A stretch of 63,781 nucleotides of DNA, counting the filler, from Octopus bimaculoides (taxonomy: Eukaryota): the NCBI RefSeq assembly GCF_001194135.2. It is 5 parts of 5 records of this genome, joined end to end, with 100 filler letters (N's around TTAATTAATTAA, not from the genome) between each part and the next. Parts side by side here need not be neighbours in the genome. Positions count along the whole stretch, not along the records: positions 28,171 to 41,441 come from NC_068985.1; positions 41,542 to 55,817 come from NC_068996.1; 3 more parts are not named here. The stretch is one strand, 5' to 3'. The notes beneath the pieces were generated by a model, which made no database searches, was not told the DNA's origin, and saw nothing but the letters and a program-made list of their open reading frames with translations. Positions 40,440 through 53,541 of the stretch are shown in pieces; within the stretch, counting starts at the first letter, position 1; each line of letters opens with the position of its first letter. The position numbers and the translations under genes are program-made.

Positions 40440-40674
40440 TGTATATACTAACGTTTTATTAGACATCAGGAACAGGACTGTGCTATGTCTCAAGCTACTG
40501 CTATCTAGCACCTTCGGATAATCTCTACTCAACCGCTACACGACGGCTACTCAACTCTACTCAACTTCTCTACCANNNNNNNNNNAACTCTACTCAACTT
40601 CTCTACCACGGCTAGACTACCTCTATTTATATGTCTTGGGCGATCCTACTTCTTCGCTTGTGGGCGTCGACACA
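40440..40674 (-). mobile_element. Possible solo LTR
   Basis: TG...CA ends with TATAAA then AATAAA in order on the minus strand; no target-site duplication seen. Confidence 0.3.
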
Positions 40675-41236
40675 ACCGACTGTAATACATGTATTTATTC
40701 ATAACCATTCTACTGGTAGTACTGTATTGATTAATATGTATACATCGACACAGTTACATAATGTCCTTTGTTGTTAGTCTCTGTCTCCCATTTAATGTGG
40801 GTGTATCATGTGATCACATATAATACAGAAAACATCTCTCATATAGACGTCCAATGCATAGAAGCACACAGATATCGGTAGTAGACGAGAAATGTCCAAC
40901 ATAGGTAGTGGAAGTACTGTATCACGTGATTTTGGTCTGGTTTAAATATACATGTGTGTGTGTGTGTGTGTGTATGTGTGTTTGTGTGTAAATCTTGATT
41001 CTTGAGATCGTTTCCTTCTCTCATATGGAGCTGGTATCTTTATTGCTGTTTGGTAATTATGACACATTCTTCATAGATGGAGATGATCTTTAAATAAATC
41101 AAGACTTTATTTTGCATAGTATTTGACATACTTATGTGTATGAGTGTATGTATATACATCTACACACACACACACACACACATATACATAAACGTATAAC
41201 TGTACATGTCTCTCTCTCTTTCCCTCTCTTTCACTT

Positions 41237-41292
<56 letters not shown>

Positions 41293-41559
41293 GCTGTATT
41301 CATATATACCTCTATATATATATACCTCTATATGCAAATAATAGGTGTGTATCTGAAAGCAAAATTGCTTATTCTGCTCTTTTAAGCAATCAAACAAACA
41401 AGACCAAAACAAAATAGAATCAATCCACCCACCCATCCACCNNNNNNNNNNNNNNNNNNNNNNNNNNNNNNNNNNNNNNNNNNNNTTAATTAATTAANNN
41501 NNNNNNNNNNNNNNNNNNNNNNNNNNNNNNNNNNNNNNNNNAAGACAACAAAAAAAGAG

Positions 41560-42340
41560 AACACCTACAAACAAAGTTGACCATATTGAGACCAATGAAG
41601 TAAAAAGAATATTGGTGGAACTTAAAAGATATAACAGACACCAAGTTAAAACACAACTGGTCAGATATCCCGTTGTGTGGGAACACAAAGAAAAGATATG
41701 CCCTGTTGTGGAAATCGGCTGGTTTCAGGGCAGTTTGGAAAATACAAGAGAAAGAGGACATCTATGGACCATTGATAAGGGGTTTGCAGATACAATACGC
41801 AAGAAACACTTTCAGTTTCATACCTATTATAATGGGTGCAACAGGATATGTACCAACCAGTCTGGAGCAAAGTATGATTGAATGATTGAACATGGAATCT
41901 TGGGGAGAGAATGCAACTCTTTAAAATTCATATTCTACTAATTGGTCACAATAAGAGGAACTATAAAAAATCTGCAAGATCTTCTTAATATTTAAAGGAT
42001 AACAATTAAATCAAGATACTCTCCTTCACAACCTTGCTACCAAGAAGTTTGGTCAGTCAAAAATTTACTCTAAATTAACAAGAGAAAATGAATACATCCA
42101 TGATAAGGAGTTTGTAAATCCAGGAGCCAAGAAACACTTTCCGTTTCATACCTATTATTATGGGAGAAACAGGATATGTACCAACCCATCTGGAGAAAAG
42201 TATGGCTCGACTTGGGTTCTTGCAGAGAGAATGCAACTCTTTAAAGTCATACTCAACAAATAATCATGATATCAGTGACTATGAAAGTCTGCAAGATTTA
42301 AAGAGTAATGAACACAATAAGATGTCCTTCCCAAACTTGC
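41560..42340 (+). mobile_element. R4/Dong-like RLE-domain fragment with tandemly duplicated 3' part
   Basis: ITDTKLKHNW.DI (HNRPD-like) and FSFIPIIMGATGYVPTSL motifs; the latter recurs at ~42125-42330. Confidence 0.6.
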
Positions 42341-43558
42341 TACCAAATAGGTGGCTGATCACAATTTACTCTCAATTAAAAGGAGAAAAACATATATACA
42401 TACATACATTCATCTTAGCTGCCCTCTTGTATATGGGCAAAGCCATCAGCAGAAAGAACCAATGAAATGAGTCTCTGTTGACACAATGCGAGGCCCCTGT
42501 ATGATTCCCTGGCGAAAGACCCACACATTCCACTGCACAATGCACAGTTGTTCCAGCTGGCAGAAAGAGCAGATACCATAGTATGAACACCCCCGACGTG
42601 ACCCTTCAATCCTCCAATCGAGCGGCACACCCCTCCACAGTCTGCACATGCTCCATTGTGAACAACATACATACATACATATATAAATATATATACATAC
42701 ACACATACATGCATATATAATTGTCTATAATTTATTTTTCAGAAAAAAAGCCCCCACCTCACCGAAAAGAAATTCCAAATCAAGACTAAAGTAATCAACT
42801 ATACATATAGGTGTATGTATACATTGTATCATCATTGTCATTTAATGTCTGTTTTCCATGCTGGCATAAACTGGGTAGATAGACACGTTGATGCATACAT
42901 ACATACATACATACATACATACATACATACATACATACGTACATACATACATATTTACAGGGGTAACTGGCTTGTGGCAGCCAAGCGTTCACAGTAATGT
43001 TGCTTTTTGATCTTTCGAAATCGGCCCTTCTTATAATTGGGAAACATGCTGGTAGCGTGCAAAAAGCACCCAGAAAACACCATTGAGTGGTTGGCATTAG
43101 GAAGGGAATTCAGCTATAGAAACCAAGCTCAAACAGACAATTGGAGTCTGACTAGCTCCATGTCAAACTGTCCAACCCATGCCAACTTGGAAAGTGGACA
43201 TTAAACGATGATGATGATGATGATGATAATAATGTGTGTGTGTGTGTGTGTGTTTATATATATATCTATAATATATATATGCATATATATATTATATATA
43301 ATATACTATATATATATGCATATAAACACACATACACATACATATACATATAAATATGTATGTGCATATATATATATACATGCATATGCATACATATATA
43401 TGTGCCTATATCATGAATGTATTATATATATATATATTATATGCACACAGACACACACACGCACACACACACACACATATAAATATAAATATATATATAT
43501 GAATGTATATGACTATAGTATATATATATCTATAATATATATATGCATNNNNNNNNNN

Positions 43559-43596
<38 letters not shown>

Positions 43597-45221
43597 GTTA
43601 TATTTTATGCATATATTCATATATGTATGTATATCTTATATATTACATAAAATTTTGATGAAGAAAATATGTACTGTATGACTTGATGTGAAATGAATGA
43701 ACTAACTGAAGCAAGACATATAGTAAGCAGTTTGAATGAAATGTAAACGAATGAGTTTTAAAAATCATCCAATGAATGTCTCTGGCAAAATATAGCAAAT
43801 CTCATACTTAAAAGAGATTTTGCTTTTTATTTTTATTTTTTTTTTGTTTTTTGAATGAGTGGAATTTGAATATGAACTGAGAAAAATCCATTAAAATTTC
43901 TTTAATTATTTAAAAAATTATATTGTAAGTATGTATATTTGTATGTCTTTGAGGTCTCCTGGAACTGATGAGGTTGATGTGCTTAAATGAAGTAATTACA
44001 TTTTTAAAAGGAAAAAGACTTGTGGCTGAGTCGTAAGTTGTTTGCTTCCCAACCAGATGCTTCTGTGTTCTGTCCCACTGCATGGCATCTTGGGCAGGTA
44101 TCTTCTACTATAGCCTTAGACTGATAAAAGCCTTGTGAGTGGATTAAGTAGATGGAAACTGAAAGAAGCCTGTCATTTTATATATGTATATATGTTGTAC
44201 ACATATGTGTATATCTATCTTTGTCCCCACCACTTGACAACTGGTGTTGATGTGTTTACATCACTACAACTTAGCAATTTGGCAAAAGAGACCAATAGAA
44301 TAAGTATCAGGCTTAAAACCAAATTCTTTAAGACGATGCCCCAGCATGGTCGCAGTCTAATGACTGAAACAAGTGAAAAGGAGGAGATAAAAGGTAAATT
44401 GGAGAGAGTGGATGAGAGAATAAAAGATGAGTGAAATGTTGTGAAAATGGGCTGAGTTGGAGGGAGGGGTCGGAAGCAGAGCTGTTGGGCCAAATTTAGA
44501 GAAATGAGTTCAGAAATGTACAAGTGTCATGAACATGGAGTTTAAAGGAAATTTTAAAAAAATGAATTTAGTTAAGGAGAGCAAACAAGCTGAAAAAAAA
44601 AGAAAAACAAATATACAAATAAATTTACTGGTGAGATTGAAGAATTATAAATGAATTAATAGAATAAGAAAATAAAGTGAGAAATGCTATGAAAGACTTG
44701 TTTTTTTTTTTTTTTTGGTAACATCAATAGAAATATAGCAACTGATAGAAGACATAAAAAACAGAAAATGTAAGTCTTGTTGAACAATTCAGAAAAACAA
44801 TGAATTATGTGAGTGTATATATATAAATTATATGTATATATTATCGACTGCACATACTCAATGTATGTGTATTGTTTATTTGTTGGTTTGGTGTGATATA
44901 GCACCTGGGGGGGGGGGATTTCCTCATTATGCTGGGTGTTGTTAAAACACCCGAATATCATAGACAGATGAAACAACTCATCTCTGATTCCATTCATGGC
45001 TGATGGATTCCTATATTTCACCATTTTTGTGCCTTATCACCATCACTTGCTGGAATCAAGCCAGTAATGAATTGAATCACCTGTCCATGAGTATATATAA
45101 ATATATATATAGTGTAAAAAATCATTTGCTAATAAGTCGTGGGAGTGTTTACATAGGATTAAATTCAATAACTATTTATATATTTGATTTGTCTTTGATT
45201 ATATATATATCATCTTCATCA

Positions 45222-45943
45222 TCATCATCATCGTTTAACGTCCGCTTTCCATGCTAGCATGGGTTGGACGATTTGACTGAGGACTGGTGAAACCGGATGG
45301 CAACACCAGGCTCCAATCTAAATTTGGCAGTGTTTCTACAGCTGGATGCCCTTCCTAACGCCAACCACTCAGAGAGTGTAGTAGGTGCTTTTACGTGTCA
45401 CCTGCACGAAGGCCAGTCAGGCGATACTGGCAACGGCCACGCTCAAAATGGTGTCTTTTATGTGCCACCCGCACAAGAGCCAGTCCAGGGGCACTGGCAA
45501 CGATCTTACTTGGCTTGCCGGGTCTTCTCACGCATAGCACACTTCCAAAGGTCTCGGTCAGTAGTCATCGCCTCGGTGAGGCCCAATGTACGAAGGTCTT
45601 GCCTCACCACCTCAGCCCAGGTCTTCCTGGGCCNNNNNNNNNNCCCGCACAAGCCAGTCCAGGGGCACTGGCAACGATCTCGCTCGAAAATCCTACGGGA
45701 GCCAGTCAGGCGGTACTGGCAACGGCCACGCTCAAAATGGTGCATCTTATGTGCCACCCGCACAAGAGCCAGTCCAGGGGCACTGGCAACGATCTTACTT
45801 GGCTTGCCGGGTCTTCTCACGCATAGCACACTTCCAAAGGTCTCGGTCAGTAGTCATCGCCTCGGTGAGGCCCAATGTACGAAGGTCTTGCCTCACCACC
45901 TCAGCCCAGGTCTTCCTGGGCCTACCTCTTCCACGGGTTCCCT
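45222..45943 (-). mobile_element. Young RTE 3' end (internal duplication across a short gap)
   Basis: PRKTWAEVVRQDLRTLGLTEAMTTDRDLWKCAMREKTRQAK, 3' UTR repeats and (CAT)n tail. Confidence 0.85.
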
Positions 45944-46018
45944 CGAAAGTGAGTTTGAGTGCTCAACACTGCATTGGTGGATAGAAATTCATTATTTATG
46001 GGTAAACAAGTCTACCAA

Positions 46019-46127
46019 TGGTTTCATGTATAGAGATCTCTTTACAATTTTCAAGCCTGCCACATAGTTCTTGTCCCATGTAGCAGGCTTGAAAAATTAA
46101 ATAGAGACTCTTCTATACATGAAACCA
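46019..46127. repeat. Imperfect palindrome, ~47-50-bp arms
   Basis: TGGTTTCATGTATAGA...TTTTCAAGCCTGCCACAT / ATGTAGCAGGCTTGAAAA...TCTATACATGAAACCA. Confidence 0.8.
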
Positions 46128-46689
46128 CAACACCAGGATTTTCGTCTCAAGTCAAATATAGTATCTGTTGTTAGGATGTCTGCATACAAGCACTGCATCA
46201 TTTAAGTTGTAATAATGAAGTCAAACCAGATAGTAATATTTTGAAATCATTTTTTATACTACTTTAAAAGTTTACAAAATATATAATAGGAAATTCATCC
46301 TTTCTGTTGGAACTTCTTCAGTTAAAATATTTCAAAATGTATTTGATATGTTTTAACTGAGGACAGTCTTACATAATAGATGCCTTTCCTATTACATATT
46401 ATGCAAACCTGAAATGTGCATCTTAAATTATTTCAAAATATCACTGTCTGGTTTGATTTTATGATTACAAACATATTTTAAGCAAACTCATACTAAGAAT
46501 AATCAATGAGGATATTAGAGGGCTTCCAATCTCTCCTTATGACATAGTACAAATGAAGTGATTTCATACTTTAGAACCAACCATTGTAGAAGCAGGGCAA
46601 GGTTCACTCAATTCAATATAGTTGATTTCTATCCATCTATATCTAGAAGGTTAAGACATTTGCATTTGATAGAGGCTTCACTGATATTA

Positions 46690-47400
46690 GCAACAGAGAT
46701 ATTGATGTAATTATGCATGCTAGGAAAATGCTGCTGTTTAATAAAGGTTCAATCTGGATCAAACAAACTGAGCTAGTGGGCTCCTTTGATGTGACAATGG
46801 GAGCTTATGACAGCACAGATATCTGTGACCTTTTAGGACTGTATATAGTAGACACCTTAAAGAAGAGGTTCCCATCAGTCTTCTTTGGTCTATACAGAGA
46901 TGACGCTTTGGCTATCTCCAGGGGAACTAATGGAATACCCAAGATAGGCTTAAGAAGGACCTCATTAGCACCCTTAGCTCCATAGGACTCAAGATTACAA
47001 TCAAAACCAACAAACATTTAAATGCCATGTTGGACCTGTGCTCCTGTTCATACAGAACCTGCAGCAAACAAAACAAAAGACTGTCCTATATCAATATAAT
47101 CTCCTGCCGCCCACCTATTGTGTTCAGCCAGAGAATTTCGAATCTTTCTTCTAATCAAGAAATTTTCGATGCCTCAGTCCCCTATTACAATAAGGCTCTG
47201 GTATCCAGTAGGTTTAAGGACCACATCTCCTTTGTGCCATGCCCTAGCATCAGCAAAAGCAAGTTCCACTGTAAAGTCGTTTGGTTTGCCCCACCCTTCT
47301 CACTCAATGTCAAGACTTACATGGGAAAAATATTCCTTAGATTGGCGGACAAAGACTCCACATAGTCACACATGCCATACTTGATTAAATGGAAGCTCCT
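46690..47400 (+). mobile_element. Penelope-like element RT fragment (degenerate)
   Basis: FDVTMGAYDSTDICDLLGLYI...FGLYRDDAL and LSYINI..PP..RISNLSSNQEIFDASVPYYNKAL motifs typical of PLE reverse transcriptases; frameshifted. Confidence 0.75.
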
Positions 47401-47759
47401 CAAACAACTGGGGTCAATATAGCAAACAATGTAAGCTTTGCCTGGCAGAGTGAGAAAGAATCCTGAAAAACTCACTTGACCTGAGGGCTTTTTTTAAACT
47501 TCAGAAAAGAAGGGTCTAGTCGATGTTCCCATTAGAAATGTTTCATGTTGCAAGTTTAGAATTTCCCATTTGCCGAAAAGGGACATGCCAGAAACTTAGT
47601 AAAGCGTCATTCTGGATATATTTATTGTTTACAAAACCAACTGACCTTTGGTAACTCTTTGACTGGTTATAACAATCAACCTTCTATAAATATATCACTA
47701 CTCTAATGTTTAGAGTGTGCTTCTTTTTCAGATTTTTTAACTACTGACTATATATATAC

Positions 47760-47789
<30 letters not shown>

Positions 47790-47826
<37 letters not shown>

Positions 47827-50800
47827 TTAACGTCTGTTGTCCATGCTGGCATGGGTAGGACAGTTTGACCAGGGCTGGCAAGCTGGAAGGCTGCACCAGA
47901 CCCCAGTCTGATTTAGCATGGTTTTCTATGGCTGGATGCCCTTCTTAACACCAATCGCTCTGAGAGTGTAACGGGTGCTTTTACTTGCCACTGGCATTGA
48001 TGCCATTGGTGTGACACCAATATTTTCCACAACTGCAATTTTGCTTGGCTAGATGAGTCTTCTCAAGCATGACATAATGCCAAAGGTCTCGGTCATTGTC
48101 TCTGTGAGGCTCAAAGTTCAAAGATCATGTTTCACCATTTTGACCCATGTCTTCCTGGCTCTACTTCTACCACAGGTTCCCTCCACAGTTGGAGATCAGC
48201 ACTTCTTTACACAATTATCCTCGTCCATATGCATCACATGACCAGACCAGCACAATTGTCTCTTGTACATCACACACAACGCCTTTAATGCCCAACTTTT
48301 CTCTCAAGATGCTTTCACTGTCAAACATGCACATTGATGCAGCACATCCAGCGAAGCATACTGGCTTCATTTCTTTCAAGCCTACGCATGTCCTCGGCTG
48401 TCACAGCCCTTGTTCCACTTCCATGCAGCATAGCTTTTTGCACAAAGGCATCATACAATCTGCTTTCACTCTGAGAGAGAGAGGCCCTTTGTTGCCAGTA
48501 GAGGTAGGAGCTCTCTGAACTTTGCCCAGCCTAATCTTATTCTCACAGCTATACTCTTGGAGCATCCACCTCCACTACTAACTTGGTCACCTAGATAACA
48601 AAAGCTATCTTCTACCTCTAGCTTGTTCCCCCCCACCTCCATGGCAGTTGATGGAGTCTATTTTCTGCACATTTTCAGCATTTATTTATTATACCTGTGC
48701 ATCTTCCACATACAAAAACTATTTTCCCAGTTAACCTTCCTCCGATATTGCTGCACCTTTTATGTGTCCAAATCTTACTCTGGCTGCATCTTACAGAGCA
48801 CCTTTTCTACAGACTGAGCAGGGCTATGTATCTGAAGGGATTTGTGATTTGTATGCCATCCTACTTACAAAGACTTTGGTTTTTACTAGATTGACTCTAA
48901 GGCCCTTTGATTCTAGACCTTGCTTCCATACCTGGAACTTCTCTTCTCTAGTTCTGGTAGTGATTCAGCTATAAAAGCAAGGTCATCAGTGTAGAGAAGC
49001 CCCCAAGAGCAGCCTGTCTTGAATTCCTCTATTATTGCCTGGAGGATTATGATGAAAAGAGGGGGCTGAGCACCAATCCTTGGTGAACCCCTACTCATAT
49101 CCTGAATTCTTCGCTGTACTTATTACCAACCCTCACCTTACTGGTAGCATCCCTGTACATAGATTGTACAGCTCTCTCCAACCACTCATCTATCCCTAGT
49201 TTCTGCATTGACCACCAGATAAGGGATCAGGGGACCCTGTCAAAGGCTTTCCCCATTCCAACAAAGGCCAAGCACAGAGGTTTGTTTTTGGCCAGGAATT
49301 TCTCCTGCAGCTGTCTTACAAGAAATATAGCATCAGTGGTTATTCTCCCTGGCACAAAACCAAACTGCATCTCATCTAAACTAACTCTCTCCCTAATTAG
49401 TTGGGCTATGAGTCTCTGCAACTTTTATCACCTGATCCCAAAATTTGATACCTCTGTACTTATTTTCAAGACATCATCTTTACCTTCGTAGCAGTTCACT
49501 ATAGTGTTGTTACACCAGTCACTGGGTATGACTCCTTCATGAACCACCTGATTTACAATACAGGTGACTAAACCCAAACCCACACCATCAAATATTTTAA
49601 GCATCTCAGCAGTGATTCTTGATGGGTTAGGGACTTTCCCAGTCTTTATATCGTTAATTGCTTTATTTACCAAGGTGATGTTGATTCAGTTGGGTCAACA
49701 TTTGGTAGACTCTCTTTCTCCCATTCATTCTCCATGTTCAGTAGTTTTTCATTATGGCATTTCCAATCCTTTTTCTTGGCAGAATCATTAAATGCAAGGG
49801 CACCATCATCCATGCAGACACATTTCTCTCCCATGACATCACAATTTTCTCCCACTGTCTTGTTATCCAAAACATTTCAGTTCTTTGGTCCTCACATTGC
49901 TGAATATTGGCAAACTTCTTCTTTTCTGCTTCTCCTTTAGCTATATATACCTATCTCCTAGCTTCCCTTCTGGCAGTCTGATACAGATCCCTAATACCCC
50001 CACTCTTCCAGGCCTTCCAGGCTGGTTTCTTGGCTCTAATAGCCCAGTCTACAGCATCATTCCACCTAGGCCTGGATGGGTCTATGCATCAGCTGCACTT
50101 TTGGTCTGTGGCACTCAGCAGGCTGTCCTGCAGGAATTCTTAGTTTCCCTCTATGTCACAAGTCAGTAGATCCTCCTCCCTCCCTATCATCAAATTTCTC
50201 AATTAGGATATCTCAAAATCTCTGACCACATGAAGAGTCTTTAAACTTCTAAATCCTTCTTTTCCAGATTGGTCTGTTTCTTGGCAACCTTCTGGCTTGG
50301 AGTCTAAAGTCACTAATGATTAGTCTATGCTGGAGGTGGAGTACATTCTTTACCAGGGAGGGTCTTTGTATTTAAGAGCAACCATGCATCCCACTGTCTT
50401 GTGGGAATGAAATCGATCTGGCTAGCAGAGACCCCTGATTGATAGGTTATCAGGTGACTAACTGGCTTCCTGAAGTTGGTGTTGCAGATCAATAAGTTAT
50501 TTTCATCACAGAACTTCAGTAGCCTTGTTCCCTCTTTGTTTTGAGGACCAATTCCATAGCTCCATGGACACCATGGAAGATACCAGACTGCCGTCCGACA
50601 TGCTTATTGAAATCCTCAGCCATGAAGATGAGATCATTGTCAATCGTCTTTGAGGTTGCCTGCAGAAAAATATCATAAAAGTGGTCCTTCTGTTCATTTG
50701 GTAGGCCCACTTGTGGAGCATAAGCAGATATAATTGTTGCTAAACTATTCTGCAAGACTAGCCTGACCTTAAGCACTTTATCGCACACCATCACTACCTC

Positions 50801-51110
50801 TATGACCTTATCAACCCATTTCTCTGCAAGAAGTAGGCCCAGATCACCCACATTGTCACTGTTACCTTCCCAGAAAAATTTATACCTATGTGTCTTGTTT
50901 GTGAGGAACCTGGCTGAAGCTCCTGTCCACCTTACCTCTTGGATGCTGCATACATCGACATGCCTCCGTTCAAGCATCTTAACAATCTCACTAGACCTAC
51001 CTTTGAATGCGCCTACATTGACAGTGTCAACTCTGAAAACTGGGAAAGGGACATGGGAGGAAACACGGGAAGGAGTGATGGAATTTGGCACCTGAAAAGA
51101 AGGTTTCAGT
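47790..51110 (-). mobile_element. Near full-length but dead RTE LINE
   Basis: APE endonuclease (TVNVGAF...DVCSIQEVRW...IISAYAPQ...EDFNKHVG), RT (QFGFVPGRITTDAIFLVRQLQEK; LLYTDDL), 3' UTR with (GAT)n; multiple frameshifts. Confidence 0.92.
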
Positions 51111-51395
51111 GATTGCTTGATAACAGACATGCCACATCAGTTGTTCTCCTACAACCTACCATCATTCAAACATAGTAAAATTGATGCCCCTACTGGGGCA
51201 TACATACATACATATATATATGTATGTGTGTGTGTGTGTATGTGTATTTATATGCACATACATATATACATACATACATACATACATACATACGTATATA
51301 AAATGTAATTTTTGTATAATTATGTATTGTTAATATAACAATACATAAAGACGGGCTAGAGTTGAAGTGCTCAGCATGAGCTAAAATTCATCTTA

Positions 51396-51544
51396 TAGTA
51401 AAAATGGATACATAAGGGTGGAAAACCACAGGAATAATACCATATGTCCAACGCAAGATATAATTGAACACACATATTATATCTTGCGTTGGACATATGG
51501 TATTATTCCTGTGGTTTTCCACCCTTATGTATCCATTTTTACTA
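51396..51544. repeat. Perfect palindrome, 69-bp arms, 11-nt spacer
   Basis: Arms 51396-51464 and 51476-51544 are reverse complements; TA at both ends. Confidence 0.9.
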
Positions 51545-51559
51545 CATACGTATATATGT

Positions 51560-52600
51560 ATAAATCATCATCATCATTTAACATCCACTTTCCATGCTGG
51601 CATGGGTTGAACGATTTGATTGAGGACTGGTGAGCCAGATGGCTGCACCAGGCTCCAGTCTGATCTGGCAGAGTCTCTACAGATTGGATGCCCTTCCTAA
51701 CACAAACCACTCCAAGAGTGTAATGGGTGCTTTTACTGGTACAAGGGCCAGTCAGGCAGTACTGGCAATGGCCACACTCAGATGGTGTTTTTTATGTGCC
51801 ACCTGCTCAGGAGCCAGTCCAGCGGCACTGACAACGACCTCGCACGAATGATTTTTCACATGCCACCGGCACAAGTACCAGTGAGGCGACGCTAGTAACG
51901 ATCATACTCAAATGGTGCTTTTTACGTACCGCCGGCACGGAAGCCAGACAGCTGCTCTGGCAATGATCACACTAGGATGGTGCTGTTAGTGCTCCACTGG
52001 CACTGGTGCCAGTCATTGAATTTGGTTCGATTTCAATTTCACTTGCCCCAACAGGTCTTCGCAAGCAGAGTTTAGTGTCCAATGAAATAAAGATCCAGAT
52101 AAGTGAGCTGGCTACACTTCTGGCAGAGGCCACAGATTATGCTCTCACTTGGCTTGCCGGGTCTTCTCACGTACTGCATATTTCCAAAGGTCCCGGTCAC
52201 TAGTCATTGCCTTGGTGAGGCCTAAAGTTTGAAGGTCGTGCTTCACCACCTCGTCCCATGTCTTCCTGGGTCTACCTCTTCCACAGGTTCCCTCAACTTC
52301 TAGGGTGTGGCACTTTTTCACACAGCTATCCTCGTCCATTCTCACCACATGACCATACCAGCACAATCATCTCTCTTGCACACCACAACTGATGCTTCTT
52401 ATGTCTAATTTTTCTCTCAAGGCACTTACACTCTGTCGAGTATGCACACTGACATTACACATCCATCAGAGCATACTGGCTTCGTTTCTTGCGAGCTTAC
52501 ACATGTCCTCAGCAATCATGGCCCATGTTTCACTGCCATGTAGCATGGCTGTTCGTACACATGTGTCATACAGTCTACCTTGGTATGTTGAACCACTGAA
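51560..52600 (-). mobile_element. RTE LINE 3' fragment
   Basis: WYGHVVRMDEDSCVKKCHTLEVEGTCGRGRPRKTWDEVV plus 3' UTR. Confidence 0.85.
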
Positions 52601-52938
52601 CTCTACAAGCTTTTTTAATTCTCTCTCTTATTTTCTCTTTATTTTCTTTCTGTTGAAGAGCATAGGCTCAAAACATAAAAGACTTATTCATTTTTCCTAA
52701 ACGTCAAACTAATACAATTGTTTGTTGTTCATACACCTACCTTCGTCTTTTGTTTTTCTATAAATTTCAACTATATACATATATATAATGCGAGAGAGTT
52801 AGGGGTTGAGGATTCAACCCACTAAGGGATAGTATCTATCCAATATACTGCTGGGAGGGTACCCAATTATTGTTACACTAGTGTTATACAAAGCGCAATA
52901 AATGGGAGCGGGTAAAAGGTTTTTTTTACCCTAAATTT

Positions 52939-53310
52939 ATATATCAATTAGAAAATGGAGGATAATATGCTGAACCCAACGACTTGCAGACAGTGTATCC
53001 CATTGAATTTATTAACTTAATTCATAACTAAAGTGACAAAAAAACCCCACAAAGTACAGGTGTTTATGACAAACCATGTTATATTGACAACCGGGTTTAT
53101 AAATAAAAGTACATAAGGAATTAGAGAATGAACATATTCTTATGTACTTTTATTTGTAAACCCAGTTGTCAATATAACATGGTTTGTCATAAACACCTGT
53201 ACTTTGTGGTTTTTTTTGTCACTTTAGTTATGAATTAAGTTAATGAATTCAACGGGATACACTGACTGGAAGTCGTTGGGTTCAGCATATTATCCTCCAT
53301 TTTCTAATTG

Positions 53311-53315
<5 letters not shown>
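52939..53315. repeat. Foldback inverted repeat, ~180-bp arms
   Basis: Arms ~52939-53119 and ~53137-53315 with scattered mismatches; the right arm runs into (TA)n. Confidence 0.9.
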
Positions 53316-53348
<33 letters not shown>

Positions 53349-53493
53349 ATTTATGTATGCATATATATCTATATATATTTATGTATGTGTGTATATATAT
53401 GTATATANNNNNNNNNNATATATTCATATATATGTATTGTATATTTGTGTGTGTGTGTATATGTATGTATATATACATGTATATGTGTGTGTA

Positions 53494-53541
<48 letters not shown>

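Noticed and set aside
41486-41497. Recurrent TTAATTAATTAA motif
   Set aside because: Assembly spacer between N-runs, not biological.
45395-45935. Tandem duplication inside the RTE tail
   Set aside because: The copies flank a 10-N gap; likely an uncollapsed contig overlap (similar case at 40545-40605).
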